Shown in pieces: positions 12,265 through 27,200 of a stretch of DNA of 64,000 bases (position 1 is its first letter; every line of letters begins with the position of its first letter). The DNA comes from Chrysomallon squamiferum. Lineage: Eukaryota > Animalia > Mollusca. Under the pieces are notes generated by a model. That model was not told the DNA's origin and did no database searches. It saw only the letters and a program-made list of their open reading frames with translations. The stretch lies in contig CM022676.1 in assembly GCA_012295275.1 (NCBI GenBank), positions 5,518,001-5,582,000 on the forward strand. Direction: 5' to 3'. The translations under genes and the position numbers were made by a program.

Positions 12265-15200
12265 TGTGCTTTATTATCAGCCAAAAATATTGTCTAGATC
12301 TAATACAATAATGATTTGGAAAACATTTATATAATGTATTAGAGTATATGTTTAGAGTAGATGAACTTACACTCTAATGAGACTATTGCCTTATATTTTA
12401 AACATTTTTAATATATTTTTGTTTTCTGTAACTGTGATAGCAACACAACGAACAACATCGGCTACAACAACATATTTAAAAACAACTACACAGAGAAGAG
12501 GTTTGTCATTACTCTTACATTAATATGAAAAATAAAATTCAATAATTATAATTTACATATTTTCATTTCTGCTAATTTTGCTATTGGAGGGCTGAAATAT
12601 AAAGTAATTTATACAAAAAAAACTTTTTGTTTTAGAAATACTGGATATACATTAGATGTGAAAGTGAAGGAATTTGTTTTTAGTTTTTAGCAGGCAGATT
12701 ATATTTTTTTAAATTTTGAATTAAGCTTATTAAGAAGATACTGTACCAAAGAATAATTTTAAAATTACTACCTAAATCTACATTATATGTTTGTCTTATG
12801 TAACTGTCAACTCTTTGTTTTTTAATGATAATAAAGAAACATTTTTATAATTAAAATTAGAAAAAGATATTAGGTACTAGTAATCATTTACAATTTTTTT
12901 TTTTTTTCAGTATCAGAAACAACAAGAAGGCCCAGACCATCTAAGACTACATCACAAGTAACTCGTAAGTGTGAACTTCTTGTTTGTATTTCTTTCCATC
13001 TCTTGAATAATTTACAAACACTTTTTTGAATTATTAACACCATTTTTTGTTGAAAAAAATTATTTATTATTTCCAGTAATTCTCAGGTTTGTGTTTATTA
13101 TTTCTCATTGACTTTCAACTGAATTTTTTATTTGATAAATAAAATCATCTGCAAAATGATTTAGCATTTTATCTTTTGATAAGTCAAGTATTACATTAAT
13201 AAATAAACAAATAAATCACTGTCATTCAGATTTTGTTATTTTGTACTTCATTCAACTAAATGCCATGTTAGATAGTTCAATTGAATACAAATACATAATT
13301 TTTATGTATTTGTTTTTTCTAGTCATATTATGCTGTACCATTTTTAAATTCCTTTTTCTTTCTCCACATAACAACTGACTTTTATATTCCTGCCAAACTA
13401 TTTTCAGATTACTTTATCATCTAATAATACAGTTTCTCTGCCTGTCAGTCATCAAAAATTTAAATTCTATTTTAATAAGCAGTTCAAATTGGTATGTATA
13501 TAAATTTACCAATAGTATTTATGATCTGAATATACACATATTTCTTTGACATCAGAAGCTGTATGGCCAGTACAGGTTAAGTCTACACCACGGCCAGTAA
13601 GTGGTGAGTGTAATAATCTTTTCATTGCCATTCAGTTTTTTAAAATATTATAATTTATTGGTCACATAATTTAAAATGTTATCAGCAGTTATTGCTGTTG
13701 CAATACATTTATTAAAAAAAACAAGTTAACTGCAGAAATTATATTTATCTCTTTTTTTGAATTCATATTCTTTTTTTTCTTTTTTCCTTTTTTGTTTAAA
13801 TTTTGGGAATAACTCTGGTTGTTAAAATATCAAGACAGTAATTCTTTTTGCACTTTTTATATTATATATTTTAACAAATGTGCACATTTTCAAAAGTAGT
13901 ATATTGTGTTCTTAGCTAATGACATTGTGGCTTGCAAAATATTAAAGTGAATTGTATAAAATAAAAATATATCGTGGATTGCCTAAATAAGCATTATTTG
14001 TATTGACATTTAGATTACCATTTTTATTATTATATATAGAACAAATTATTTCTTTTAATAATTCTGTCAGTGAATTTAAATTTTAGTACCCAGGGTATGA
14101 CAAAACCAAGACTGAATCATTATGAATCATGCTTTTTCTCTGTATCAAATACCTTTTCTACACTTTGAATCATTTTATCTATTTTTATTCTTATACTTTT
14201 TAAAATCCTCTGTTATATTTACATGTGACAGTTATGTCAAATGAAGCAACTATTTTATAATTTTCTAATAATTTCTCCTACTTTGAACTTCTTAGTTTTG
14301 TGTCAGGAATGTAGTTAATAATAAAATAAACATTTATAAGAATATATTCAGTAATAAAGGGTTATATTATTTACAGCTATTGGTATTCTCACGACTTCAA
14401 CAGGACCTATAAATGGCAGACCTTTTGTTCTGACCTACACTGATGAAAAAGGATTTGCAGATGCAACCATCACTGCATTCAGTTTGAACGGCTGGTCACA
14501 AGGATACTGTTTAAAAGGAAAATCATGTTCAGGTTTGAATGAAAACATCATCACAAAAGTGTCTGACACTGTTCTCACTCTGGAAATTCCCGAATTTATG
14601 GAGAGCAACCACACAGGGTTTTGGGAAGTAATAAAAGCTGGAAAGTTTTCAAACAGAATAACTCTGCGAGGCCCATATCCAAGTAATTTGTTTTGTGTAT
14701 TATAATGTTTCCAAAGTAATATTAATGTAAATTAATGTAAATGTTTTAATTAATTAGAAATCTGATGATTTTTTAAAAACGATTAAAACAAAATTATTTA
14801 GAAACTTCAGTATCTTCCATATTGCCTAAATTCAAAAATAGTATAGACTATAGTATATAAATTACAATTTTATCTGAATGACTCTCATCATCAATTAATG
14901 TATTGAACATAAAAATAATGATTTATTGTTCTTTTTTCTTTTTAAGCATTACCACCACTATTGAAACGTAAGTTTTCTTATATTTATCTGCATAAAGATG
15001 ATTTGTTTTCTGTTATTTGCTCTTTGGATATTGGACAAAGTCATTTATTGATAAACATGTACTTTGAAATAATACTATAATATATTGAGATAGAATGTTT
15101 TTCTTGCTAATACATGTATCTCGTATTATTTAGAAAAACAAAGACCCCTCTGCAAAAAACAACAACCCCAAAAGACATTCACGTGTTACGTTCTTTGTGT

Positions 15201-18200
15201 TATCTGTTTCTTCTTTTAAATTACCTTGTCTTTCACCATTTTACAATGTTTACATTTTTAAAAACATTTAGAATATTGTTATTTTATTTATTATTTTTTC
15301 CATTTAAAATATGGTGTCATCACTAAATGATTGGAAACAGAACGGCGAACAACAACAACTGGTGAGTGGTTAGTTTATTCAAATATATATATAAAATTTT
15401 GCCAGTATTGTAAAAACAGAATGGCTATTATTTATAATTCACAGAAGTAACAGATACATGTTGTAAAGCAGTATGATATTTTGTTCACATTACAAATTGT
15501 ACATGACAAGCAACATTGTTTTTCTCTTTTTCTTACGCACATACACGCACATATATATCCATTTTCAAGTTTTGAAAACAGAATTGCTATTATTTATAAT
15601 TCACTGAAGTAACAGATACATGTTGTAAAGCAGTACATTGTTTTTCTCTTTTTTGTCATGCACATATACACACATATATATCCATTATATATGTTACTTT
15701 TGCAAAAATGTCAGAATATTAATTTATAATATATATAAACAATGAAAAATTAATATTTTGTTTGAAAAGGGGATCCTAAGTTAACAATCATTTATTTCTA
15801 ATACCAGACTGCACATTAGAGGTTAAAAAAAGTCTCAAATGCTTTTTTTTTGGAGGTAGCAGTGCTATGTTAATATTATTTCTGAAAATCTTTTCTCATT
15901 AATGATTTTAATTTATTAATATTATTATTATTATTTTCACATTTCCCAGAAGCACCAATGACAACACCAGAACCACGTAAGTCTATTTTCTTGTTTGCTA
16001 GGGATAGGTGATAGCAAAAATTTCATATTTAAATTTTCAATCACAATTGCACTAACATAATATATAATAAACCATTTATTGTTATTGATACTATATTTTA
16101 AAACAAACAAGAAGATAAAAGACCAACAGCCTGTAGAATAATGAAAAAAGAAAAAGAATGTGTGTATGAGTTCATTAATACTCATATATCCTTTTACGTA
16201 TTCATTGTTGATGTTTCTGTTGAAGTTGTGTTTGTTGCATTTGTTGGAATTATTAGGGTATGAAAACCAGTTACTGGCCAACCTTTTATTTATTAGAAAT
16301 AACTTGATATGATTTAAGAAAAAAAATTTCAGTTAAATTCATTTATTTATTGTACATTTGCTTCTTTCATTTTGAAAACTGAATGCTGAAAATTTACTTA
16401 AATATAATTTGTATATCTGAAGAGCTTTTTGTAATTTCACTTCTTTACATCCTTACACTTATTTTTTTGTTGTGATGTTTGTTCATAAATTTGTTTACAG
16501 TTGCTGGAGTTCTTAGTGTACCAAAACCAGTTATTGGTCAACGTTTTGTTCTCACCTACACAAAAGCAGGTGGAAACACCTCATCATCTGATATAATATT
16601 TAGTCTGAATTCCAGACCACAAGGATCGTGTGCTCGCAGGTATTTTTGTAAATCTTCAAAGGGATACATCATGAGAAGACAGTCTGACAGAGTTGTCACT
16701 CTGGAGATTCCAGTGTTTGATAGGGATGTACACAGTGGAAAGTGGTTGGTTACAGATGACAATCAATATTCTAACAGTATTAAGCTGATATATCCATACA
16801 CAAGTAAGTGACTTGTAAACAAAATAAAGTTCTGAAGAATAATGTTTCTGAATGCTTCAAACCTTGTACTTTTTTTTATTTTATTTTATTCTTTTTTTTT
16901 TTTTATGAAATATTTAATATTAATATACACTGGATATTCTTAATATTTCAAAATAATAATAATTATTTTAATCTGTATTGGTGAATTTCGCTTGTTTTGT
17001 GTTTTTAACAGACATAGCCAAACCTCCACCACTACAAACACAACCAAGTAAGTCCTCAGATTTATTTATTAGGTTAAAATAGAAAAAGCTATCCTAATAT
17101 TTCCAAAACAATTAATGGATTTTATTGTTTGGATCTTGTATTTATTTAATTAGTGGTGTTTTCTGTGTTCTTTTATTACTTGTTTTATCATACAGAAACG
17201 TGCAACAGTTCTGTTTAGACATTATTTAATAGCAAGAATTAATATATAAATATTATTTTGTTTTATTTACTTATTGTAAAATTATATCAAACTGTAAGAA
17301 AAGTTAAAGAAATTTGAGTACATTGTAAAGTTCTTTGTTTTATCTTTTTATAGATTGCCTTCAGTTGTTCATCAGTATCAAAATCAGTTTATGAAAACAA
17401 ATGAAGACAATTGTACATTTGTTAATATATGTATAATAACTGAAAAGATTATTTTTTGAATTTAATTTCACCAGGCAGTACTCAGGCACCTCCAACTTCT
17501 GAAGCAACCAGACCTGAACAAAAACAAACAACTAAGGCACCCAAATCACAACCAACGCAAATAACTAAAGAACGAAGACCTCCTCCAACCCAGCCACAAA
17601 GGATAACAACACGTAAGTTTTATAACCAATTACATTTTTTACCTAAAATTTTAAGGCTGATTGCTGAATGAGCTAGAACATTTTGTAATTCTTTTATTTA
17701 AGTTGTTAACTGGAAATATAACCAGAATAATCGTTATATCACAAAGGGTATACAGCTTGGTGTATAGAAATATGTATTGAAACTTACTTGTATGAAATTC
17801 AGCTCTTACCCTGGTATTAAATGTATTCTGTTACACTTTGTTATCAGCCAAGATTGGTGTTCATGGGTAACAAAATAAAACAATGCACTGGAAATGTATT
17901 AAATTTTTATTCTATTTTTGTTTTTAATGAACATTTTATATTACATACTGTATCATAATTTTGAAGAATATAGAAAAAAGCTAATATTTATGTTCATAAA
18001 TTTAATTTTTATTTTAAGTTTACTTTTTTTATTTTATTTTTTTTCATTCTTGATAGCAATACCACGAACAACAAAATCTGCTACTACAACAGCTTTTACA
18101 CAACGAATATCTACAGGAGGTACGTTGAATGGAAAGTAAAAATTTCTTTAACATAATAAATCTCCTTCCATTTCAGGTAATTTTCCTCTTTGTTGAAAAT

Positions 18201-21200
18201 AGAAAGAAACTTTAATCCAATTATCTGGATAATTTTTTTTTTTTTTGAATTTGTAAGGTTGTGTTTTATCATTTTCAGGAGTGGAATTATTTAGACAATT
18301 TTAAATTTTTAAATTAAATAACTGAAGTTAATAATTTAAAATTTACTATGTAAAAGTATAATTATGTTGTGTAATTTTATTATTACAGTTCATAGTTTAC
18401 CTGATATTGTTGTAAAATATTTGAAGTTGAATTTATTTCAATGAAAATTAACACAAAAGTTGAATTTGAAAATATTTGGTAAAGTTTTTATTAAAAAAAC
18501 GTTAGCATCATTGACAGTGAATTAACAGGATCATTTTGTTGGTATCTTGTTTAAGGTTCTTGTTTCATCTCTCGGAGTTATTTAGTACTGTTTAATTACT
18601 GATTTAGATCTTAACAGATAATTTTGAAAACGATTATTATTTAAGAAGCACTTTGTTTTGTTGTATAGCAACAATGAAATCAGTATGTTTGAATCCATTG
18701 AGAGGCGAGTTGAAAAATAAACCAATGTAGTTTATTATTTAGGATTGCAGAATAAAAACAAAAAAAATAATAACTGGTTACTGTCTTAAGATTTCAGCTT
18801 TAATCTGTTCACATTATTTTTTTTTTCTTTGACAGAAACGACAGTGAAAACATTGACTCTTTCCACACCACAACCTGAAAGTCGTAAGAATGATTGTCTT
18901 TATGATAATATTCAATTTATTAAATAAAACGTGTTCATAATTCTGCCAGTGGAATTAAAAATTCATCATTTTCAAGTGGTGAATGAAAATGAATGATTAT
19001 GAAATACAGCATATTGATGTATCTTAAAAAAAATCAGAACAATTTTGTTTGTTGTTTCATATGAAATTAATGTTTTTTAGTGCACTTAAAATGATTTTAT
19101 GTTTAATTTTGCCACTGAAATAAATAATTTACTATAATAATATATTTCTTAGTAAATTATAGAGTGTTATATAATTTGCAGCTATTGGAATTCTTTCTAT
19201 TTCAACCACCCCTATCAATGGCAGACCTTTTGTTCTGACCTACACTGATGAAAAAGGATTTGCAGATGCAACCATCACTGCATTCAGTCTGAACGGCTGG
19301 TCACAAGGATACTGTTTAAAAGGAAAATCATGTTCAGGTTTGAATGAAAACATCATCACAAAAGTGTCTGACACTGTTCTCACTCTGGAAATTCCCGAAT
19401 TTATGGAGAGCAACCACACAGGGTTTTGGGAAGTAATAAAAGCTGGAAAGTTTTCAAACAGAATAACTCTGCGAGGCCCATATCCAAGTAATTGGTTTTG
19501 TGTATTATAATGTTTCCAAAGTAATATTAATGTAAATTAATGTAAATGTTTTAATTAAATAGAAATCTGATGATTTTTTAAAACCAGTTAATTGAAATTT
19601 ATTTCGAAACTTCAGTATATTCCATATTTCCTAAATTCTATCATAATATAGATTATTGTATGTACATTACAGTTTTATCTGAGTGGCTCTTATCATCAAT
19701 TAATGTATTGAACATAAAAATTAACTGTGTATTATTATAAAAAAATAATCATTTGTTTTTTCTTCTTTGATTTTAAGCATTACCGCCACTATTGACACGT
19801 AAGTTTTGTTGTGTTTATCTGCATAAAGATAATTTGTTTTCTATTATTTGAAATAATAGTATAATGTACTGATGTAGAATGTTGTTGTTCCTAATATATT
19901 GTATTATTTAGAAAAACAGAGACACCCCCCCAAAAAACCCCAAAATAAAAACATTGAGGTGTTAGTGTCTTTGTTTTACCTGTTTCTTTTTTTAAATTAC
20001 TTTGTCTTTCACCATTTTACAATGGTTACATTTTTAAAAACATTTAGAATGTTGTTATTTTATTTATTATTTTTTCCATTTAAAATATGGTGTCATCACT
20101 AAATGATTGGGAACAGAACGGCGAACAACAACAACTGGTGAGTGGTTAGTTTATTCAAATATATATATGAAATATTATATATGTTACTTTTGAAAAAATG
20201 TCAGAATATTAATTTATAAAATATAAAAAATCTTTTTTTTTATGTTTTGTTCAAAAAGGGGATATTAAGTTAACAATCATTTATTTATAACACCAGACTG
20301 CACATTAGAGGTTACTAAAAGTCTCAAATGCTTTTTTTTGGAGGTAGCAGTGCTATGTTAATATTATTTTTGAAAATCTTTTCTCATTAATGACTTTTAT
20401 TTATTAATATTATTATTATTATTTTCACATTTCCCAGAAGCACCAATGACAACACCAGAACCACGTAAGTCTATTTTCTTGTTTGCTAGGGATAGGTGAT
20501 AGCAAAAATTTCATATTTAAATTTTCAATCACAATTGCACTAACCATTTATTATATAATAAACCATTTATTGTTATTGATACTATAATTTTAAAACAAAC
20601 AAGAAGATAAAAGACCAACAGCCTGTAGAATAATGAAAAAAGAAAAAGAATGTGTGTATGAGTTCATTAATACTCATATATCCTTTTACGTATTCATTGT
20701 TGATGTTTCTGTTGAAGTTGTGTTTGTTGCATTTGTTGGAATTATTAGGGTATGAAAACCAGTTACTGGCCAACCTTTTATTTATTAGAAATAACTTGAT
20801 ATGATTTAAGAAAAAAAATTTCAGTTAAATTCATTTATTTATTGTACATTTGCTTCTTTCATTTTGAAAACTGAATGCTGAAAATTTACTTAAATATAAT
20901 TTGTATATCTGAAGAGCTTTTTGTAATTTCACTTCTTTACATCCTTACACTTATTTTTTGTTGTGATGTTTGTTCATAAATTTGTTTACAGTTGCTGGAG
21001 TTCTTAGTGTACCAAAACCAGTTATTGGTCAACGTTTTGTTCTCACCTACACAAAAGCAGGTGGAAACACCTCATCATCTGATATAATATTTAGTCTGAA
21101 TTCCAGACCACAAGGATCGTGTGCTCGCAGGTATTTTTGTAAATCTTCAAAGGGATACATCATGAGAAGACAGTCTGACAGAGTTGTCACTCTGGAGATT

Positions 21201-24200
21201 CCAGTGTTTGATAGGGATGTACACAGTGGAAAGTGGTTGGTTACAGATGACAATCAATATTCTAACAGTATTAAGCTGATATATCCATACACAAGTAAGT
21301 GACTTGTAAACAAAATAAAGTTCTGAAGAATAATGTTTCTGAATGCTTCAAACCTTGTACTTTTTTTTATTTTATTTTATTCTTTTTTTTTTTTTGTATG
21401 AAATATTTAATATTAATATACACTGGATATTCTTAATATTTCAAAATAATAATAATTATTTTAATCTGTATTGGTGAATTTCGCTTGTTTTGTGTTTTTA
21501 ACAGACATAGCTAAACCTCCACCACTACCAACACAAGCAAGTAAGTCCTCAGATTTATTTATTAGGTTAAAATAGAAAAAGCTATCCTAATATTTCCAAA
21601 ACAATTCACGGATTTTATTGTTTGGATGTTGTACTTATTTAATTAGTGATGTTTACTGTGTTCTTTTATTAATTGTTTTATAATACAGAAACATATTTCA
21701 AAATAATAATAATTATTTTAATCTGTATTGGTGAATTTTGCTTGTTTTGTGTTTTTAACAGACATAGCCAAACCTCCACCACTACAAACACAACCAAGTT
21801 AGTCCTCAGAATTATTTATTAGGTTAAAATAGAAAAAGCTATCCTAATATTTCCAAAACAATTAATGGATTTTATTGTTTGGATCTTGTATTTATTTAAT
21901 TAGTGGTGTTTTCTGTGTTCTTTTATTAATTGTTTTATCATACAGAAACGTGCAACAGTTCTGTTTAGACATTATTTAATAGCAAGAATTAATATATAAA
22001 TATTATTTTGTTTTATTTACTTATTGTAAAATTATATCAAACTGTAAGAAAAGTTAAAAAAATTTGAGTACATTGTAAAGTTCTTTGTTTTATCTTTTTA
22101 TAGACTGCCTTCAGTTGTTCATCAGTATCAAAATCAGTTTATGAAAACAAATGAAGACAATTGTACATTTGTTAATATATGTATAATAACTGAAAAGATT
22201 ATTTTTTGAATTTAATTTCACCAGGCAGTACTCAGGCACCTCCAACTTCTGAAGCAACCAGACCTGAACAAAAACAAACAACTAAGGCACCCAAATCACA
22301 ACCAACGCAAATAACTAAAGAACGAAGACCTCCTCCAACCCAGCCACAAAGGATAACAACACGTAAGTTTTATAACCAATTACATTTTTTACCTAAAATT
22401 TTAAGGCTGATTGCTGAATGAGCTAGAACATTTTGTAATTCTTTTATTTAAGTTGTTAACTGGAAATATAACCAGAATAATCGTTATATCACAAAGGGTA
22501 TACAGCTTGGTGTATAGAAATATGTATTGAAACTTACTTGTATGAAATTCAGCTCTTACCCTGGTATTAAATGTATTCTGTTACACTTTGTTATCAGCCA
22601 AGATTGGTGTTCATGGGTAACAAAATAAAACAATGCACTGGAAATGTATTAAATTTTTATTCTATTTTTGTTTTTAATGAACATTTTATATTACATACTG
22701 TATCATAATTTTGAAGAATATAGAAAAAAGCTAATATTTATGTTCATAAATTTAATTTTTATTTTAAGTTTACTTTTTTTATTTTATTTTTTTTCATTCT
22801 TGATAGCAATACCACGAACAACAAAATCTGCTACTACAACAGCTTTTACACAACGAATATTTACAGGAGGTATGTCAGAATGCTTGTACGTTAAATGTAA
22901 AGTAAAAATTTCTTTAACATAATAAATCTCCTTCCATTTCAGGTAATTTTCCTCTTTGTTGAAAATATAAAGAAACTTTAATCCAATTATTTGGACAATT
23001 TTAAATTTTTAAATTAAATAACTGAAGTTAATAATTTAAAATTTACTATGTAAAAGTATAATTATGTTGTGTAATTTTATTATTACAGTTCATAGTTTAC
23101 CTGATATTGTTGTAAAATATTTGAAGTTGAATTTATTTCAATGAAAATTAACACAAAAGTTGAATTTGAAAATATTTGGTAAAGTTTTTATTAAAAAAAC
23201 GTTAGCATCATTGACAGTGAATTAACAGGATCATTTTGTTGGTATCTTGTTTAAGGTTCTTGTTTCATCTCTCGGAGTTATTTAGTACTGTTTAATTACT
23301 GATTTAGATCTTAACAGATAATTTTGAAAACGATTATTATTTAAGAAGCACTTTGTTTTGTTGTATAGCAACAATGAAATCAGTATGTTTGAATCCATTG
23401 AGAGGCGAGTTGAAAAATAAACCAATGTAGTTTATTATTTAGGATTGCAGAATAAAAACAAAAAAATAATAACTGGTTACTGTCTTAAGATTTCAGCTTT
23501 AATCTGTTCACATTATTTTTTTTTTTTTGACAGAAACGACAGTGAAAAAATTGACTCTATCCACACCACAACCTGAAAGTCGTAAGAATGATTGTCTTTA
23601 TGATAATATTCAATTTATTAAATAAAACGTGTTCATAATTCTGCCAGTGGAATTAAAAATTCATCATTTTCAAGTGGTGAATGAAAATGAATGATTATGA
23701 AATACAGCATATTGATGTATCTTAAAAAAAATCAGAACAATTTTGTTTGTTGTTTCATATGAAATTAATGTTTTTTAGTGCACTTAAAATGATTTTATGT
23801 TTAATTTTGCCACTGAAATAAATAATTTACTATAATAATATATTTCTTAGTAAATTATAGAGTGTTATATAATTTGCAGCTATTGGAATTCTTTCTATTT
23901 CAACCACCCCTATCAATGGCAGACCTTTTGTTCTGACCTACACTGATGAAAAAGGATTTGCAGATGCAACCATCACTGCATTCAGTCTGAACGGCTGGTC
24001 ACAAGGATACTGTTTAAAAGGAAAATCATGTTCAGGTTTGAATGAAAACATCATCACAAAAGTGTCTGACACTGTTCTCACTCTGGAAATTCCCGAATTT
24101 ATGGAGAGCAACCACACAGGGTTTTGGGAAGTAATAAAAGCTGGAAAGTTTTCAAACAGAATAACTCTGCGAGGCCCATATCCAAGTAATTGGTTTTGTG

Positions 24201-27200
24201 TATTATAATGTTTCCAAAGTAATATTAATGTAAATTAATGTAAATGTTTTAATTAAATAGAAATCTGATGATTTTTTAAAACCAGTTAATTGAAATTTAT
24301 TTCGAAACTTGAGTATATTCCATATTTCCTAAATTCTATCATAATATAGATTATTGTATGTACATTACAGTTTTATCTGAGTGGCTCTTATCATCAATTA
24401 ATGTATTGAACATAAATATTAACTGTGAATTATTATAAAAAAATAATCATTTGTTTTTTCTGCTTTGATTTTAAGCATTACCGCCACTATTGACACGTAA
24501 GTTTTGTTGTGTTTATCTGCATAAAGATAATTTGTTTTCTATTATTTGAAATAATAGTATAATGTACTGATGTAGAATGTTGTTGTTCCTAATATATTGT
24601 ATTATTTAGAAAAACAGAGACACCCCCCCAAAAAAAACCCAAAATAAAAACATTGAGGTGTTAATGTCTTTGTTTTACCTGTTTCTTTTTTTAAATTACT
24701 TTGTCTTTCACCATTTTACAATGGTTACATTTTTAAAAACATTTAGAATGTTGTTATTTTATTTATTATTTTTTCCATTTAAAATATGGTGTCATCACTA
24801 AATGATTGGGAACAGAACGGCGAACAACAACAACTGGTGAGTGGTTAGTTTATTCAAATATATATATGAAATATTATATATGTTACTTTTGAAAAAATGT
24901 CAGAATATTAATTTATAAAATATAAAAAATCTTTTTGTTTATGTTTTGTTCAAAAAGGGGATATTAAGTTAACAATCATTTATTTATAACACCAGACTGC
25001 ACATTAGAGGTTACTAAAAGTCTCAAATGCTTTTTTTTGGAGGTAGCAGTGCTATGTTAATATTATTTTTGAAAATCTTTTCTCATTAATGACTTTTATT
25101 TATTAATATTATTATTATTATTTTCACATTTCCCAGAAGCACCAATGACAACACCAGAACCACGTAAGTCTATTTTCTTGTTTGCTAGGGATAGGTGATA
25201 GCAAAAATTTCATATTTAAATTTTCAATCACAATTGCACTAACCATTTATTATATAATAAACCATTTATTGTTATTGATACTATAATTTTAAAACAAACA
25301 AGAAGATAAAAGACCAACAGCCTGTAGAATAATGAAAAAAGAAAAAGAATGTGTGTATGAGTTCATTAATACTCATATATCCTTTTACGTATTCATTGTT
25401 GATGTTTCTGTTGAAGTTGTGTTTGTTGCATTTGTTGGAATTATTAGGGTATGAAAACCAGTTACTGGCCAACCTTTTATTTATTAGAAATAACTTGATA
25501 TGATTTAAGAAAAAAAATTTCAGTTAAATTCATTTATTTATTGTACATTTGCTTCTTTCATTTTGAAAACTGAATGCTGAAAATTTACTTAAATATAATT
25601 TGTATATCTGAAGAGCTTTTTGTAATTTCACTTCTTTACATCCTTACACTTATTTTTTGTTGTGATGTTTGTTCATAAATTTGTTTACAGTTGCTGGAGT
25701 TCTTAGTGTACCAAAACCAGTTATTGGTCAACGTTTTGTTCTCACCTACACAAAAGCAGGTGGAAACACCTCATCATCTGATATAATATTTAGTCTGAAT
25801 TCCAGACCACAAGGATCGTGTGCTCGCAGGTATTTTTGTAAATCTTCAAAGGGATACATCATGAGAAGACAGTCTGACAGAGTTGTCACTCTGGAGATTC
25901 CAGTGTTTGATAGGGATGTACACAGTGGAAAGTGGTTGGTTACAGATGACAATCAATATTCTAACAGTATTAAGCTGATATATCCATACACAAGTAAGTG
26001 ACTTGTAAACAAAATAAAGTTCTGAAGAATAATGTTTCTGAATGCTTCAAACCTTGTACTTTTTTTTATTTTATTTTATTCTTTTTTTTTTTTTTTGTAT
26101 GAAATATTTAATATTAATATACACTGGATATTCTTAATATTTCAAAATAATAATAATTATTTTAATCTGTATTGGTGAATTTCGCTTGTTTTGTGTTTTT
26201 AACAGACATAGCTAAACCTCCACCACTACCAACACAAGCAAGTAAGTCCTCAGATTTATTTATTAGGTTAAAATAGAAAAAGCTATCCTAATATTTCCAA
26301 AACAATTAATGGATTTTATTGTTTGGATCTTGTATTTATTTAATTAGTGGTGTTTTCTGTGTTCTTTTATTAATTGTTTTATCATACAGAAACGTGCAAC
26401 AGTTCTGTTTAGACATTATTTAATAGCAAGAATTAATATATAAATATTACTTTGTTTTATTTACTTATTGTAAAATTATATCAAACTGTAAGAAAAGTTA
26501 AAAAAATTTGAGTACATTGTAAAGTTCTTTGTTTTATCTTTTTATAGACTGCCTTCAGTTGTTCATCAGTATCAAAATCAGTTTATGAAAACAAATGAAG
26601 ACAATTGTACATTTGTTAATATATGTATAATAACTGAAAAGATTATTTTTTGAATTTAATTTCACCAGGCAGTACTCAGGCACCTCCAACTTCTGAAGCA
26701 ACCAGACCTGAACAAAAACAAACAACTAAGGCACCCAAATCACAACCAACGCAAATAACTAAAGAACGAAGACCTCCTCCAACCCAGCCACAAAGGATAA
26801 CAACACGTAAGTTTTATAACCAATTACATTTTTTACCTAAAATTTTAAGGCTGATTGCTGAATGAGCTAGAACATTTTGTAATTCTTTTATTTAAGTTGT
26901 TAACTGGAAATATAACCAGAATAATCGTTATATCACAAAGGGTATACAGCTTGGTGTATAGAAATATGTATTGAAACTTACTTGTATGAAATTCAGCTCT
27001 TACCCTGGTATTAAATGTATTCTGTTACACTTTGTTATCAGCCAAGATTGGTGTTCATGGGTAACAAAATAAAACAATGCACTGGAAATGTATTAAATTT
27101 TTATTCTATTTTTGTTTTTAATGAACATTTTATATTACATACTGTATCATAATTTTGAAGAATATAGAAAAAGCTAATATTTATGTTCATAAATTTAATT

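Larger units (their letters stand above)
10858..13712. repeat. Perfect 31-bp inverted repeat pair (10858-10888 and 13682-13712)
   Basis: ataaatgtattgcaacagcaataactgctga and its exact reverse complement tcagcagttattgctgttgcaatacatttat. Confidence 0.9.

Noticed and set aside
15937-16281. Repeated minus-strand ORF MASNWFSYPNN... with an acceptor-like ttctacag on the minus strand
   Set aside because: It is disrupted or changes length between units (absent from the ORF track in units 4-5), has low complexity and shows no coherent antisense exon chain.
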